Source of the DNA: Callorhinchus milii
Taxonomy: Eukaryota
Reading direction: 5' to 3'
Length of the DNA stretch: 64,000 bases
NCBI RefSeq assembly: GCF_018977255.1
Contig: NW_024704743.1
Location: 20,214,001-20,278,000 of the forward strand
Position 1 is the first letter of the stretch. Each line of letters starts with the position of its first letter. Shown in pieces: positions 11,801 through 25,304 of the stretch. The position numbers were made by a program, and so were the translations under genes. The notes below the pieces were generated by a model that was given only the letters and a program-made list of their open reading frames with translations, made no database searches and was not told the origin of the DNA.

Positions 11801-14705
11801 GACTCAAGAGATTCTTCAGGAATTATCTGATGGACATCTGCCTTCAGCACTGGCTACTCAATCCAGGTTCTCGTATGACGAGCCTTAACGAATACACGTG
11901 TTCCCTGTGAATCTGCCTCCAGGGTGCTCAGCGACAGATCAGTGTAGGCCAGAGCTCTCCCTCCCTGCAGCTGCTTCCTGTGTTTGCCACACATTCACTT
12001 AGCTGTTTGATCCTGCAATTTGCAAATCAGCAGGAGGAAACCCCTCTTTTTTTGCATCCCGAGGAGCTCAGATCCATTAAAGGAAGATTGTTTAAACGCA
12101 GGTTTTGCATGCCACTAGCTTTACCTGCATTGGGACCTTGCTGTCCTTGACAGATGAGCACGACCAGAATGCCCTTTGCCCCTTGTCTTAATTGTCCTTC
12201 AGGACAGTGTCCAAGCAAAAGTCGGTTTCCACCACAACCCCCAGGTACCAATAAGAAGCTCCTCTCAGTTCTCCTGTCTTAGTTGAATGTACATTAATAT
12301 CCGCACTGGGACCAGACAATATTTATTATTGTCAAATAAATAAAAAAAACAAATTGTGCATAAAATAGCTCCTTGTCAAGGCTTTTAACTCAGATAATTT
12401 AGGTTGACGCATCAATACAATGCTGTGGAAGTGCTGCATTGTGCATTCAGGTGAGGTGAGAAACTAATGTCATGCCTACTTGTTTAGGTGGAAGTTAAAG
12501 ATCCCATGGCACTATTTGGTAACAAAAAGGGAGTTTCTCCTGGTGTCATGACCAATACTCCCCCAAATAAGATTGGTCATTCACTTCTTGACCGTTTGTG
12601 GATCATTTGCCGCCATGTTCACTTACAAAATATACAGTCGTTAACTGCACTTCACATTAAACCCTCTGAGGGCTTTGAGATGTCCTCCTGAATTTAAAAG
12701 CACTGTAACAAATGTAATGCTTATTATTATACACTGGGGGCAAGGATTTTTAACCCTGCAAGCCAAAATCCTAAGTGGTCCTAGATGGACAAGCAGTGGG
12801 AAGCTTGCCTGTCGGTACTTGTAATGCAATCCATGAAGTTTTAGTTGGTTAAATTCCAAAATTATCCCAATGCACACTCTGGAGTCCCAAATCTTTGGCT
12901 CTGCGTCTAATAATTCCCAATATTGTGTAAGCAGGGTATATCCTTCCAGTGAGTGTGTATACTTCATTCCAAGCACACAGGAATTTCCATGCCTAGTCGG
13001 TGTTCGCATGTGGAATCCTGTGTCTGCTTTAAATACTCTTAAGCATGGTGATAGATTTCCCCAATTCTCAGGTGTCAAAATTCAAGTTAACCAAAAACAA
13101 AATAGCTGGTTGGTGTTTTATTTAAACTTTCCAGTTACCTGAGAATAATGAACTGTTGGTAGCTGAGTACCTTCTTGTCTGAAATTGAAAAGAGGGCCAT
13201 CACTTAGATAAATACATCTCCTTCTCGAGTGCTTTTATTAGTTTCTATTCACTCAATGACCTACAAATTACTAATGCAGATTTTTGTTTTAAAACAGCAC
13301 CATTTTTATCAGAAAGGAAGTTAAAGTGGTGTGATAGTGTGGTAGATTACTATAGATTTGTACCTTACCGGCCTAACATAGAGACAAGGTCGCCGGACCT
13401 CGCCAGTGCCCCCAGATTCTACCCACTCCTTCACCCACCCCTTTTGCTCAGCTGTCTCTGGTCACTTGAATGGCATGTCCATTGTGTTCTCTCCACTATC
13501 AGCATCAGTGCTTTCAGCCACTATGCATAGAAACTCTGGAACTCGCTTCTTCAAGCTCTCCACTTTTCCCCCTCCTTAGCTGTCTTCAGATTACACTTGA
13601 AGATATTCCTCTTCAACCGTGCCTATGCTCACCTCTGCCTGGCTTGGCGTTTAACTCCTTAAACACTCCAAGACTCTTCCCTGCATACAAGGGGTTATAT
13701 AAATGCAAGTTGTTGTCTCTTGCTAGATCCTGGGTTAAATTAAACAATTCAATTATAATCTTCAGTGAAGATTTATAAATTCCTTCTGATTGTATATCTG
13801 CCAATCATTCCTCTCACAGTTCAAGATGTATCGTTATGTCTTGATCTCTTCAATTTTCCTCCAAAATAGTCACTACACTACAGTGAATCCTGTAAAGTGC
13901 TTTGAGACATCCTTTTGATATGAAAGGTGCTATATCAAATTGAAGGGCTATTATTATTCAAGTATCCCGGTTTACTACCCCGCATGAAAGGCTTTATATA
14001 AATCCAAGTTGTTATTATAACTTCTCTTTTGAGGAAATGACATTTCTCTCCTTTGTGAGACATGGGGTGCAATTCTCCATCATTGACTTTCAGGGGTCAA
14101 GAGAATACAAAGGCTTGAAAAAGAAGCTGAGTTGCATGAACATGCAAGAGCAATGGTTACAAGAGTGCTCAAGATCTGAGATCATAAATGGACTTGAAAG
14201 AGTACAATTCACATTGGAATCTGTAGGAATGAACTGCAGTCAGAGGCAGGTCCCGAGGAAAGAACTTTGGCTATGAAAATGGATCGTAGCAAGTATACAG
14301 AAAGGAAAGGAAAGGGACTAATGAGGAACAGATTTTCTTCAGTGTTGTCATATCTTGAGAGAGATGACAGTGAATCAGAGTACAGTGAAGTTTAAAAAAA
14401 CTATAAATTCTGATTTTGAAAAAACATTCAGTTAGAAGGGATGCAGTGTAGGGCTAGTAAATTAATTCCAGAATTATTGTGCTCACTGGTTGGCTTCTCG
14501 CTCTCATGTCAAGCATCTTAAAGGTTGACTTGTGTAATTGTGACTCTTTCCCTCACCCCAAGAATAACTGAAATAATATGAAGATGAAGTTATGTTGTTT
14601 AATTGAATTCAAAGTGTGAGGAAGATCAACCAACGTAATCTATTTGCAGCATGTAATATCTATATACTTCAATAATCTGAACAGCTATGTTTGTTTCTTT
14701 TTTAG

Positions 14706-14778
14706 ATCAAGAATTGGTTGACACAAATCGCGGTCTTCCTGGGAGGAGTATTTCACCAAGAGCAAGTCTTTCACCACG
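14706..14778 (+). CDS. MLLT10: MLLT10 internal coding exon
   Basis: tttctttttag|AT CAA GAA...TCA CCA CG|gtaaat; 73 nt, phase 1 to 2; (D)QELVDTNRGLPGRSISPRASLSP(R). Confidence 0.93.
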
Positions 14779-17700
14779 GTAAATATACTCTTAAGATAAC
14801 TGACTATGGAAGGATTTTGTTAATTTGCTTTCTACTGTTCCTCTCCAGAGGTTGGTACACTTGGTGTTACAAGGGTGCCATTAGGTTGCCAGCGCTCATC
14901 TTGTGAGATTGTAGACATTGAATACTGCGAGATGGTTTAATTATAAAGGACATTTTAGCCAAGTTCATTCCTGTCTTTTTCCCCAACAAATATTTTACAA
15001 AGGTATTATTTAGTACAATTCAGAAGGAAGAATCCTGACTAATTTATCTTCTTCTAACCGCCTTATCTGGCATCAAACAAGGGATTTGAAACTGAGACTT
15101 CCTGGTCTTGTGGCTCACTACCGTACTAGATACAGTGAACTTTTGATAATAATGACTTATATCATCACTTGGCTTTTATCATCATACTTACAATATCCTG
15201 GCCGTGTACTGTGCAAACTGTGAATAAAGGATTCCTCCTTTATTTAATCCCTCACTAACATAAAAGTTGCATTCTATACATCCTAGTAAGTAAAATATCA
15301 GATCTATCATCAGAACGAACTGAACTGCACTACTCAGCAGGCCGCACAGCATGCCAGGGGCTCAATAAACTCGCAATGAGTAGCTTTGCGTGGGAGAGCA
15401 TCGCCAGGCCGTTCAGAGAACTGCCTGGTACCACAAGAAAAGGTCGCCTTTAGCCAGTCGCATAATATGCTGTTTTGACTGTTGTGGCAAGAATCTCTAG
15501 GAGTAGAAATTTACATTTGCCTTTCGTGTTGCAGTGTATTGTGAAGTGCTTTGAGTCATCTGGAAGATGTGATAAGGAGCTATATCAAATTCAAGGATTG
15601 TTGTTGAAGGAAGAGGTCAAGGTTGGGTCTTTTGAGGAGGGGATTGATGACAGCGGTTTTAAGGGGGAGATGAACAGAACCTGAGGAGAGCGACTGGTTG
15701 ACTGTCGGACAGCGGTGGGAAGAGAAGGGGCAGTTGGGTGACTAGCATCTGGGTGGGGAAGGGGTCGAGGCAGCAGGTGATGGGCTTCATGTGGGACATG
15801 GTGGTTGAGAGGGAGATGGGAATAATCAAGGCAAATCACCCTGAGTATAGAATCACTGAGCTCTTTTCCCTTGGAGTAATGATATGTCAGGGTTTACTGT
15901 ACTATATTTTCCAACTGAGCCATAGGAAAGTGATCATAAATATTTAATCTTCTTTCTGTGTTTATGTATACTGTAATCTGATAGTGTATAAATCTTTTTG
16001 GAAAGCTTAATTTTAAGAGTTAATTGACAATTTCTTAATATTCGATTAATTTGCATTATTTCTCATTTGTTTATGCCTTCAAGGAATTGTTTTAATCTAA
16101 CGTGGAAAAATCACTTTTAAGTTTATTTAAATTGTACCCCTATGATCTCTTTTCTCTTATTCTCCTCCTTCCACAAATCTCTTTAATAGCCCTGTTCTAA
16201 GATAAATACGCCTTTGATGTTTTCTCATGAACAGCTTACTTAGACTAAAACTTGTCTCATAACCTACAGAAAAAGTTCAATTGCTGTTTGACAACTTTGC
16301 TTTTCAGTTAGCAACGTTAGTATTTTCTGTCCATCCCTTGAATTGTGAAGAAGAAATCCCGTGTAGGTGCGTGGCAGTGATAGACTGTGCATTGCTTGTA
16401 TCTTATGAGATATCTCAATGACATGGTGAGACACTACATCAAATACCTTAGGACTAGGGGTCTTGAATCTTGAGAGAAACCTTTGTTGGGCAGACCTAAC
16501 ACATTGGCCATTCTCATTGTTCTGGGTGCAGCTCATTGCTGTAATCATTAATATTTGTGTTGAGCATCACATCTACACTGACACCTTCCATCATCATTCA
16601 CTTGTTTTAGACCATCACTCTTCCATTTTTGAAACCTGTATAATACTCTGGATGTGAGTTCAGTGTTTTGGCTGAATCATCAAGTGGATTCCTGATCACA
16701 CCAGAGTTCTCTGCGTCTAGAACCTCTTGATATACTCCTGGCTTCAATTCAGTGAAGCATTTCCCTAACCCTTAAGTCCACTGTGGACTTTTTAAAATGG
16801 TAATCTATCACTGACAGTTAATTCCACTCGAGTATGTTAGTCCATACAAGATGGTGAGTATCATCCAAGATGCATGCTGTGCATGAGATCTCCCAATGGG
16901 TACCATTGATGCAGCATTACTGGCAAAAAAGATTGCCTTAATCTCATCAGAAATACCAAGAGTATCCCCCATGATTCCTCTTTATATCCTGCTAACACAT
17001 TGTTGATTATATCAAGTAGATTGGGTGACCATAGACAACATTATCTCACCCCTTTATCAAGTGGAGTAGGCTTGGTGAGCCATTTTCAATTCTTATAGAT
17101 CTTGGTCTTCAAGGAGGGCAACAAGAGGAACTCAAATCAGAGTAAGCATTTTCTTCCAGTGTACGGTGAAAGCAGTGTGAGTTTCCTGTGATCATGTGAT
17201 ATTTGCAAACTTGTGCAACACCACAACCTTCCTATGAGCCCTTACCTCAGGTGGTCTCTTCCTGACCAAACCACAGATGTCCAGATAAATTCATAGTCTA
17301 GGCTGATACATAAGTGCCTTACTGCATTGTTATATCTTCACATGAGGGAAAGGAGAATATAAGAGAGTAATGAATGAGTGGGCACTTGTGGTTAAACACT
17401 GACATGGACTAGTTGGGGTGAGTTGCCTGTTTCCGTACTGTACATTCGTTTTACATCTTTGTAAAATCCCAATCTTACAGATGAGATAATGACCTCTGTT
17501 TGCCTGTCTGTCCTCAGTAGAATAGAAATGAAGACTTGCATCAGAATGTGGCTATTCATTAGCAAAATGGGGAAAGATCACTCAACCCCTGAGGGTGAAA
17601 GTTTCTTAACTGATTAGTCTCCCAGATGATTTCCCCATACGATAATATCAGATTCTATTTTCAAAGAATGAGAAACTCTATCTATAGTAATTAAGGTACC

Positions 17701-18563
17701 ATTTTGTTCCTTTTTTTTATTTTGTTAAGAAGTAAAGTTTCACCCACAAAATATAGTCAATTCACTTTACATTATATTCTGTGAAGAGCTTTGAGAAGTC
17801 TCAAAGACGTGATAAAGGCACTATATCAAATGCAAGGATTATTATTAAGAATAATTATCCTTTTGACACATTTTATTTTTCATGGACGTTTCCAGCTGTT
17901 GACAATTTCGATCAGTGATCTTTTCTATGTAACTGGCAAATAAGAGGATTCTGACTACAATCCAGGGTCAAGGTTCCCTTTCACATCCTCTCTCTTTTTT
18001 GAGAAGCACTTGAGTCTTTGGTGTTTTTCCTGATGGCTCCACTGGGATCAGTAATTCAGTTTGTTGGGTGTTATCTACCGAGCTCATGAGTTGCTACTAC
18101 TTGATGCAAATGCTGGGTCACTGGAGCTCCTCCTAATCATTTATTCTAGATAAGAAAGAATTGTTTATCTACAGGGACTGTTTTGCTTAACTTTACTCAA
18201 AATACAAATTGTAAAACAACTGAATAGTTTTTATAAGCATTCCAAAAAAAATTCTTAAAGCTAGTGAGCCTCAGACCTGCAGAACTGCACATTTTGCCAA
18301 GGTCAGGCACAGTGAAAATGTGCCAAGTTGTAGCAGGATGGTCATTCTTAACTACATTTTCCCCACTGAGCCTGAAATACTGACAGAACAGTTTTATTGT
18401 GTTTTTTTAATTGTTTGTCATATTTATTTACTCTTCTGCCACTATCTGACACTATTTAAGGTGTGCCTAGCCTATTACAACAAAACCATTCTACAAGAAA
18501 TATATAGACTATTATTTGTAGTTTTTCTCCTACCTTAATGTGAACATCCAAACCTTTGAACAG

Positions 18564-18718
18564 ATCTCCTGCAGGTGGCTTACAAATTCGCTATGATCCC
18601 TCGAGCAACAATATCTTAGAAAATCTACCACCAGTTGCATCCAGCATAGAACAGCTATTGGAGAGGCAGTGGAGTGAAGGACAGCAGTTTCTGGTGGAAC
18701 AGGGCACTCCTGGAGATG
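18564..18718 (+). CDS. MLLT10: MLLT10 exon carrying the octapeptide motif (OM) EQLLERQW
   Basis: gaacag|A TCT CCT...GGA GAT G|gtacgt; 155 nt, phase 2 to 1; SPAGGLQIRYDPSSNNILENLPPVASSIEQLLERQWSEGQQFLVEQGTPGD. Confidence 0.96.
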
Positions 18719-19849
18719 GTACGTAACAAGATGTTTGCCAACCTTTTATGCATAGTCACTTGGTAGTACAATGTTGTCCATACCTTCAGAAATAAATCCG
18801 GTTGATTGACTGGAAGGCTCATAAAAGTGTGGTCTTAAAGTTGTTTCTCTAGGTTGCTTTCTAGTTCTTCCCTGTGTTGATTGAGAAATTATCCTCATCC
18901 ATGCATTCACCACATCCAGGCTCAACTACACAAACTCCCTGCTTGTCGGCTCCCCCAACTCCTCCCTCCACATGCAAATATTTTTCCAACATTGTGTACT
19001 TATTATCCAAAGTCAAGATTTTATCTAATTTTTTAAAAAAAAAGTGTTGTCGTAAATGTGTCGGGTGGTGACCACCAGCAGTGGATTTGAACAGGAGCTT
19101 TCTTTGAAATGTATTACAGATATGTGCCAGATGCATCTCAGAATGTCAATTTTTGCTCAAAAGCACTGAATATAACTCTAGGATGCCATCTTAGATGAGA
19201 GCTCATTTCATGAATCTGTTTTTGCAGTCTTAAATTAGCCAGTGGTTTAGATGCATTGTCAAGTACTACTTGTCCAGCTCGGTCCATCGTATCCATTAGG
19301 GCTTTGTTTTATAGGGTTATGAGAAGCTGAGTGGGAAGAATCCCTGGCTTCAGTAACTGGTCTGCACTTCCAAGTCCTACCAATGAGGCTGTTTGTTCTG
19401 TCACCAGCAGTGCCCTAGAGTACTGCGGTCCCATCAGGTTTGGGACCTAGCTACGAGACTGCCACAGAGGATTGACTTGATTCCAATATTCTGTTGCCAA
19501 ACATGTTGCCTTGGAGTCAGCACAGCTCCAAGAAGGCCCTGCTTACCTCCCACCAAGATTACAGTCAGAAATTGACAATGGATCCTGATGGCCAAAACAA
19601 ATGCTAAACACCAACTGATGTGAATCCTGAATCTTTAATAGATGTCTTGGGAAATTGTCAATTACTTCCTCTTCATTCATAAATTTCAATATGTATATTC
19701 CATCGAACTTGAAGGAGAAGTACTTAAGTCTATTTAAATTGCAATGCCTACCTCCCTGCAAGCTATATATTGTAGTCATGTTCTGAAATGCATTCAAAAT
19801 TGTTCCTTCTTATCATTGATGGCCAATGAATTGTTATTCTCAACTGCCC

Positions 19850-20495
19850 TTCATCTATGTCATGACCTGCTCCACCTTTTTCCATCTCCATAACATTGCC
19901 TGGTTTGCCACCTTCTCTCACTCCACACCGCCGAGATCCTCATGCATGCATTCATCACGTCCAGACTCGACTACACAAACTTGTCGGCCTCCCCAACTCC
20001 TCCCTCCGCAGGCTGCAGATCATCCAAAACTCTGCAGCCTGTATCCTCTCCTGCATCAGGGTCCACAATCCTATCACCCCCAGCTGCCCATTACTCAGTG
20101 GATATAGATCATGATTTTGGTCCTCATTTTTAAAGCCCTTCACAGCCTTGTTCCTCTTTACCTCTGTGACCTCCTAAACCCATACCGACCTGTCCGCTAC
20201 CTTCGCTCAGTGGGCTCCAGCCTGCTTCACATCCACCACTCTGCCCACCCCACCATCGGCCTCTATACCCCACCCTCTTCATCCCACAGTCCCTCCGCCT
20301 CACCCCCTCCCTTGCTTTCAAGACCTGTCTCAAGACTCTCCTCTTTGACCGTGACTTCAAACACCCTCCTCCCCTTGTCCTCCAAGTCTCCTAATGTCAA
20401 CCACCAGCTCGGATGCGGATCCCTGACTGTCCATCACCTTGGGATGTCCTCATGACATGAATGGCACCATACAAATGTGATTTTGTTGTTGTTGT
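19850..20495 (+). mobile_element. L2 LINE 3' fragment
   Basis: HAFITSRLDY and LQIIQNSAA motifs; tail ggcaccatacaaatgtgattttgttgttgtt. Confidence 0.85.
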
Positions 20496-21990
20496 GATAA
20501 GGAGATGAAATTGTCTTTGATTAGCAATGTAATAAGATTTTGAAAGGTTTCTTTTCCTGAAATGTGGTTTTGTGTGAAGTTTTGAGAAGTGATTGAGTCT
20601 TCAATTTATATCCATATGATTTGAAATGGTGTTCAAATCAATGGTTTTCATCTGTGCTTCCTGGCAACACCAGGATGCAAGACTTGTGTAAATATTATTA
20701 CTTCTTCTGTATAACATATACCACGACCAGGCAGGCCCTAACCCTCTTCAGATTTGATTTGACCACACAACCCCTGGCAACATACAATAAAGTTGACATT
20801 GGTAGAAAACTGGCTTAATAGACAAAATATCTTTATGGATCAGCAGTGCTTTTTTGCTATGGCTAGCTCCTGACATGAAAGGCACTATACAAATGTAATT
20901 TTGTTGTATTATTTACATCTCTATGTTGATTACATACCATAGGAACTAACCCCATCTCACGCCTAACATCTTCCAAAACACTAGATTTTGTACAAGATCA
21001 GCTATTTTGTAAATCATGCTGGTCCCTCATCTGTGACATTCACAGACGGATGTCCTTAGCATACAGGGACATTGTCTCTCGGTATTTCAGGATAGAAGTG
21101 CTGAAACTTGAATTACGGAAACCTGAAACTCAATTTCCTTTTTTTTTAATTCCCCCCAAAAACTTCTATGCAGACTTAGACAAAAAGCAGTCTATCGAGT
21201 ATTCCAAATAGGGACTGGAAGAGCAGTGTGACAGTGATAGGAACATGTGTCAGAACCGAAGAGTTTAAAGGATTTTACTCAACTTCAGGCTCCAGCACTT
21301 ATTGTAGTGAGAATTTTTTTATTATTAATGCAATCTGTGATTACAGTACAATGTGATGTGATATAAATGCAAGTTGTTATAAAAATCTGAATTACTGTGG
21401 CAAATAAATTACAGCAAGAAATGTAATTTGATGCATCTATTCTGAGAGCTATAGATTTTATTCATATAAAAAAGGTTACATTCAGAACATTTCAACTTTT
21501 ATCGAATAGTTTCCATTCAATAGGGGATTTGAAAACAACTGTTTCAGTGATTTTATTTATGAATTACTTATTTTCCTAAATTTGAAAATTGGAATAAATC
21601 CCCATTAATTGATCCTGGGTTCAATATCTTTTCTGCCCACATATATACTTAAATCAGTGTTTGTAAATCTTTATAAATGAATACATCGACAGGATGACAG
21701 GATATGACATAAATAAAATTAATATTTAATTCTAAACATTTCTGCATTCATTGTAATTTTCCATTAGGACTCCAGTCTTTTGAATAAGTAAAGCATTGAA
21801 TAATTTAAGTAAACTCATAAAGTAAACACTCCATATATTGTCTGATAGTTAATATAAATGTTATATTGCTTTCTAAATTAAATCAGTTTAAATAAATAAT
21901 AAAATGGACGGCACAACTAGGAAAAGATTCCAATTTGTTTTCCAATAAACATTAGGTGCAAACATTAAAAAAACTGACAATTTATAGTAA

Positions 21991-22500
21991 CATAAGAACA
22001 GGAGTAGGCCATTCAGCCCCTCTATAATAATAATAATAATCCTTGCACTTGATATAGCTCCTTATGACGTCTTCAAGACATCTCAAAGCGCTTCACAGAA
22101 TCTACTGTAAAGTGAATTGACTGTCTATTTTGTGGGTGATACACGGCAGCCAATTGCGCACAGCAGTGTCCCACAATTGTGGATTGAGTGACTTTTTTTG
22201 AAGGGATTATTACCCCCAGAAAAATGATCCGCCAATCAACTAACAATCAGGTTCCTACTTACTGCTCGGTAAACAGAGCCGTGTGGAGTAAAGAAACTTC
22301 CCCCAACGTTTCGCTTCTACTCTAGCCTGTTCCGCCATTCTATTAGATCATGGCTGATCTGTACCTTAACTCCAAATACCCACCCTTGCTCCATATCCCT
22401 TGATACCCTTACCTAACAAAAATCTATCCACCCCAGTCTTGAAAATTTGAATGGATCCAGCATCCACAGCCCTTGAGGGAAAGAGTTCCAAATCTTATAC
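21991..22500 (-). mobile_element. CR1-clade (HER1-like) LINE 3' end, split by a SINE
   Basis: cataagaacaggagtaggccattcagcccctc|agcctgttccgccattc...atggctgatc...ccatatcccttgatacc; same 3' UTR as the CR1 copy at 26511-27100. Confidence 0.8.
22025..22319 (-). mobile_element. 5'-truncated SINE inserted into a CR1 3' end
   Basis: Reverse complement of the SINE body and tail; TSD ctcta at 22020-22024 and 22320-22324. Confidence 0.87.
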
Positions 22501-23758
22501 CTATTTCAGTCAGGAGACAACATGGATTCTCTTCAGTTGTTAGGAATCCTTGTTGGAGTAAGCAATCCTTGGTGGTTTCCTTGCTCAAGATCCAAATCCG
22601 TGAGTATAGTTTCACCCATAAAATATACAATCCATTCACTTTACAGTATGTTTATTAAATGAAGCACCTTGAGATGTCTTGAAGATGTGATTAAGGCTCT
22701 ATATCAAATGTAAGGATTATTATATTTAGTTTTGTATGTTTGGCCTGATCATGATGGCTACTTTAATCTCAAATAGTAAAACACAATGTTTTTATGTTTT
22801 AAAAGCAGATTGCAAGTATCTAACCATATAATTTTGTGGGATAGCTGATCTCTCTAAAATTGTATTTAGATCCCAGTACAAGAAAGCCAGCTCTTATTAT
22901 AATAAAAATAATATTAACAATAATCCTTCCATTTGATATATCATCTTATCACGTCGTTGAGACGTCTCAAAGCGCTTCACAGAATATATTGTAAAGTGAA
23001 TTGACTATATATTTATTTTGTGGGCGAAAAGACATGATTTGTCTAGTGGTTGCAACGCAATAATTTGGTCATGCTTTCCTCAAGGAGGGTCAGTGTTTTT
23101 TAGGTTGACTGAACTAAATTTTGACATCAAAAATTCTTCCACTTTAAAATTGATTTTTCTCCCCCTTTCATTTCCTTCCTTAGTCAAGAGGCGTTGAGGC
23201 TAATTGCAGTATCTGTATCATTCCTCTGGCTGAGATCCAACTCCATACAGACTGAGGCTTGAGATGGGGCCTTCCTGTTGTTTTCCAGTTGCGCACCAGT
23301 CAGTAAATTTATTGACCTGATCAATTGGAATCCAAATAATCTGTTGATATGACATTAAAAATTAACTGACTAAACTGATCAGTTTGTTATTTGGCCATTA
23401 CTTTCTGTCCCTCTCCACTGACGTTTTCTCTTTTTTAAAAAAACTGTTTATATTTTTGGAGTGCTCCAAGTGGAATAAAAGCTATGGGGTTTTTAGTACT
23501 CCAGGTTTCTACGGATACTTAGGGAGATGTGAAAAAAATTGCACAGAACAATTTTTTACTACAAATTGGATAGATTTACCCACTTCAGAAAATATTCGAT
23601 GTTTGAGGTATGGCATTTGATACCACAAGAGATATCCGAATTCCACACGTGAAAAATCTTATTTGTATTTGAATGCTCTGTATTTTGGGTTCCTCATAAG
23701 CAGCAGAATTACAAGTTGTTTTTATATAGTGCCTTTCATGTAGAATTACATGTGGACT

Positions 23759-24082
23759 TGTGGAGTCCTGTAGCTCAGTGGTTAGAGCACTCGCTTTGCA
23801 AGCGAGAGACCTGAGTTCAATTCCAGGCAGAGGGCGAAACCTTGGGCAAGTTTCCTTACTCCACACACAGCCTAATAATAATCCCTCCAAAAAACAAAAA
23901 CAATAATAAATTGGTCATTTTCAATCTACGACTGTTTGTGGGACATTGCTGTGCGCAATTGGCTGCCGCGTTCGCCCACAAATATACAGTCAATTCACTT
24001 GCAGTGTGTTCTGTGAAGCGCTTTGGGACGTCCTCCTGACGTGAAAAGCGCTATATCAAATGCAAGGATTATTATTATTATT
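23759..24082 (+). mobile_element. tRNA-Ala-derived Deu-domain SINE with L2-type tail and (ATT)n end; near full length
   Basis: Head TGTGGAGTCCTGTAGCTCAGTGGTTAGAGC (A box), arm CTCGC-TTTGCAA-GCGAG (TGC anticodon), GAGTTCAATTCC (B box); body ctgtttgtgggacattgctgtgcgcaattggctgccgcg; tail ...gcgctatatcaaatgcaaggattattatt. Confidence 0.88.
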
Positions 24083-24458
24083 ACGTCTCAGATCAGGTTT
24101 GGATGCTGAGCTGGGGAGGGAGGTGATCATAGGCACGGTCGAGAGATGGGGTTTAAGGTGGGATTTGAAGATAGAGAGGGGGAGAGGTGGAGGGATAGAG
24201 GCAGAAAACTTCAGAGGTGTGGGGTGTAATAACTGATAATAGAGAGTGCCAGGCCTGTGTTTGCTTCATTAAAACAGCTCAAATATGCAGATAAAACAAA
24301 TCTCAAACCTATTTAAATGCAAAGTTAAAATAAGAAATCAGTCTGGTTTCTCTCTCTCCCCTTCCATATTTTTTTGAATGTGTGTAATGTGAGGTTTATT
24401 TTCTTTTAGTTACTGAGACTATTCAAATTTGGAATTTATTGTTTTTTGTTCTAAGCAG

Positions 24459-24647
24459 TTATGGGAATGTTGAAATCACTGCATCAGCTTCAGGTTGAAA
24501 ATCGACGGCTAGAGGAACAGATTAAGAACTTGACAGCTAAGAAGGAACGTCTCCAACTGCTAAATGCTCAGCTTTCAGTGCCCTTTCCTGTCACGAGTTC
24601 AACTGTCAGCCCAGCAGCTCAAATGCACACATTTTCTTCACAAGCTG
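24459..24647 (+). CDS. MLLT10: MLLT10 leucine-zipper exon (OM-LZ, DOT1L-binding region)
   Basis: ctaagcag|TT ATG GGA...CAA GCT G|gtaagt; 189 nt, phase 1 to 1; (V)MGMLKSLHQLQVENRRLEEQIKNLTAKKERLQLLNAQLSVPFP... Confidence 0.97.
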
Positions 24648-24746
24648 GTAAGTGAAGTAAGCTTTCAGTGTTGTTCTATATTAAATTGATTGGACGCTGT
24701 TTTGTTCACGATCTGTGATGTAACGCATTATAATAATTTCTTACAG

Positions 24747-24835
24747 TTCCCAACCCAGCTTCTTTGCACAGCAATAAAGGCTCCCATCTGAGCAACAGCT
24801 TTCTACCAGAAAGTTCACTTCCAGTACCCAGCCAG
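24747..24835 (+). CDS. MLLT10: MLLT10 internal coding exon (follows a 99-nt intron)
   Basis: ttcttacag|TT CCC AAC...AGC CAG|gtgata; 89 nt, phase 1 to 0; (V)PNPASLHSNKGSHLSNSFLPESSLPVPSQ. Confidence 0.92.
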
Positions 24836-24973
24836 GTGATAACTAGTTACTAACTCTGAATTAGTATATTCAGTTTTCTTTAATAATTTATAGTCGTAGT
24901 ATTTGAAATGCTTTTTATATGCAATTTCACAATCATTAGCGCTCCAAGACACTGTCCCACGTGAAGATCACTA

Positions 24974-25304
24974 TATGGAGTTCTGTAGCTCAGTGGTTAG
25001 AGCGCTCGCCTCGCAAGTGAGAGACCTGGGTTCGATTCCCAGCACGTCCCTGTTTACCAAGCAGTAAGTAGGTACCTGGTTCCTAGTTAATTGGCGTATC
25101 GCTTTTCCATGGGTACCAATTCCTTAAAAATAATAATAAATTGGTCACTTCAGTCCACGACTGTTTGTGGGACACTGCTGTGAGCAATTTGCTGCCGCGT
25201 TTTTCCCTCCAAATATTTAGGCAATCCACTTTACAGTGTATTCTGTGAAGCGCTTTTGAGACATCTTGAAGACACGATATATCAAATGCAAGAATTATTA
25301 TTAT
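24974..25304 (+). mobile_element. Same SINE family, near full length, inserted into an L2 3' tail
   Basis: A box, CGC anticodon-like loop, GGTTCGATTCCC B box, Deu body and (ATT)n tail; the flanks rejoin as an L2 tail ...gaagatcacta(tat)|aaatgcaagttgttgttg. Confidence 0.87.

Noticed and set aside
23762..23832. tRNA-Ala-like sequence (also at 24977, 48335-48404 minus, and 49488)
   Set aside because: No proper acceptor stem, and each continues directly into the SINE body and tail; these are SINE heads, not tRNA genes
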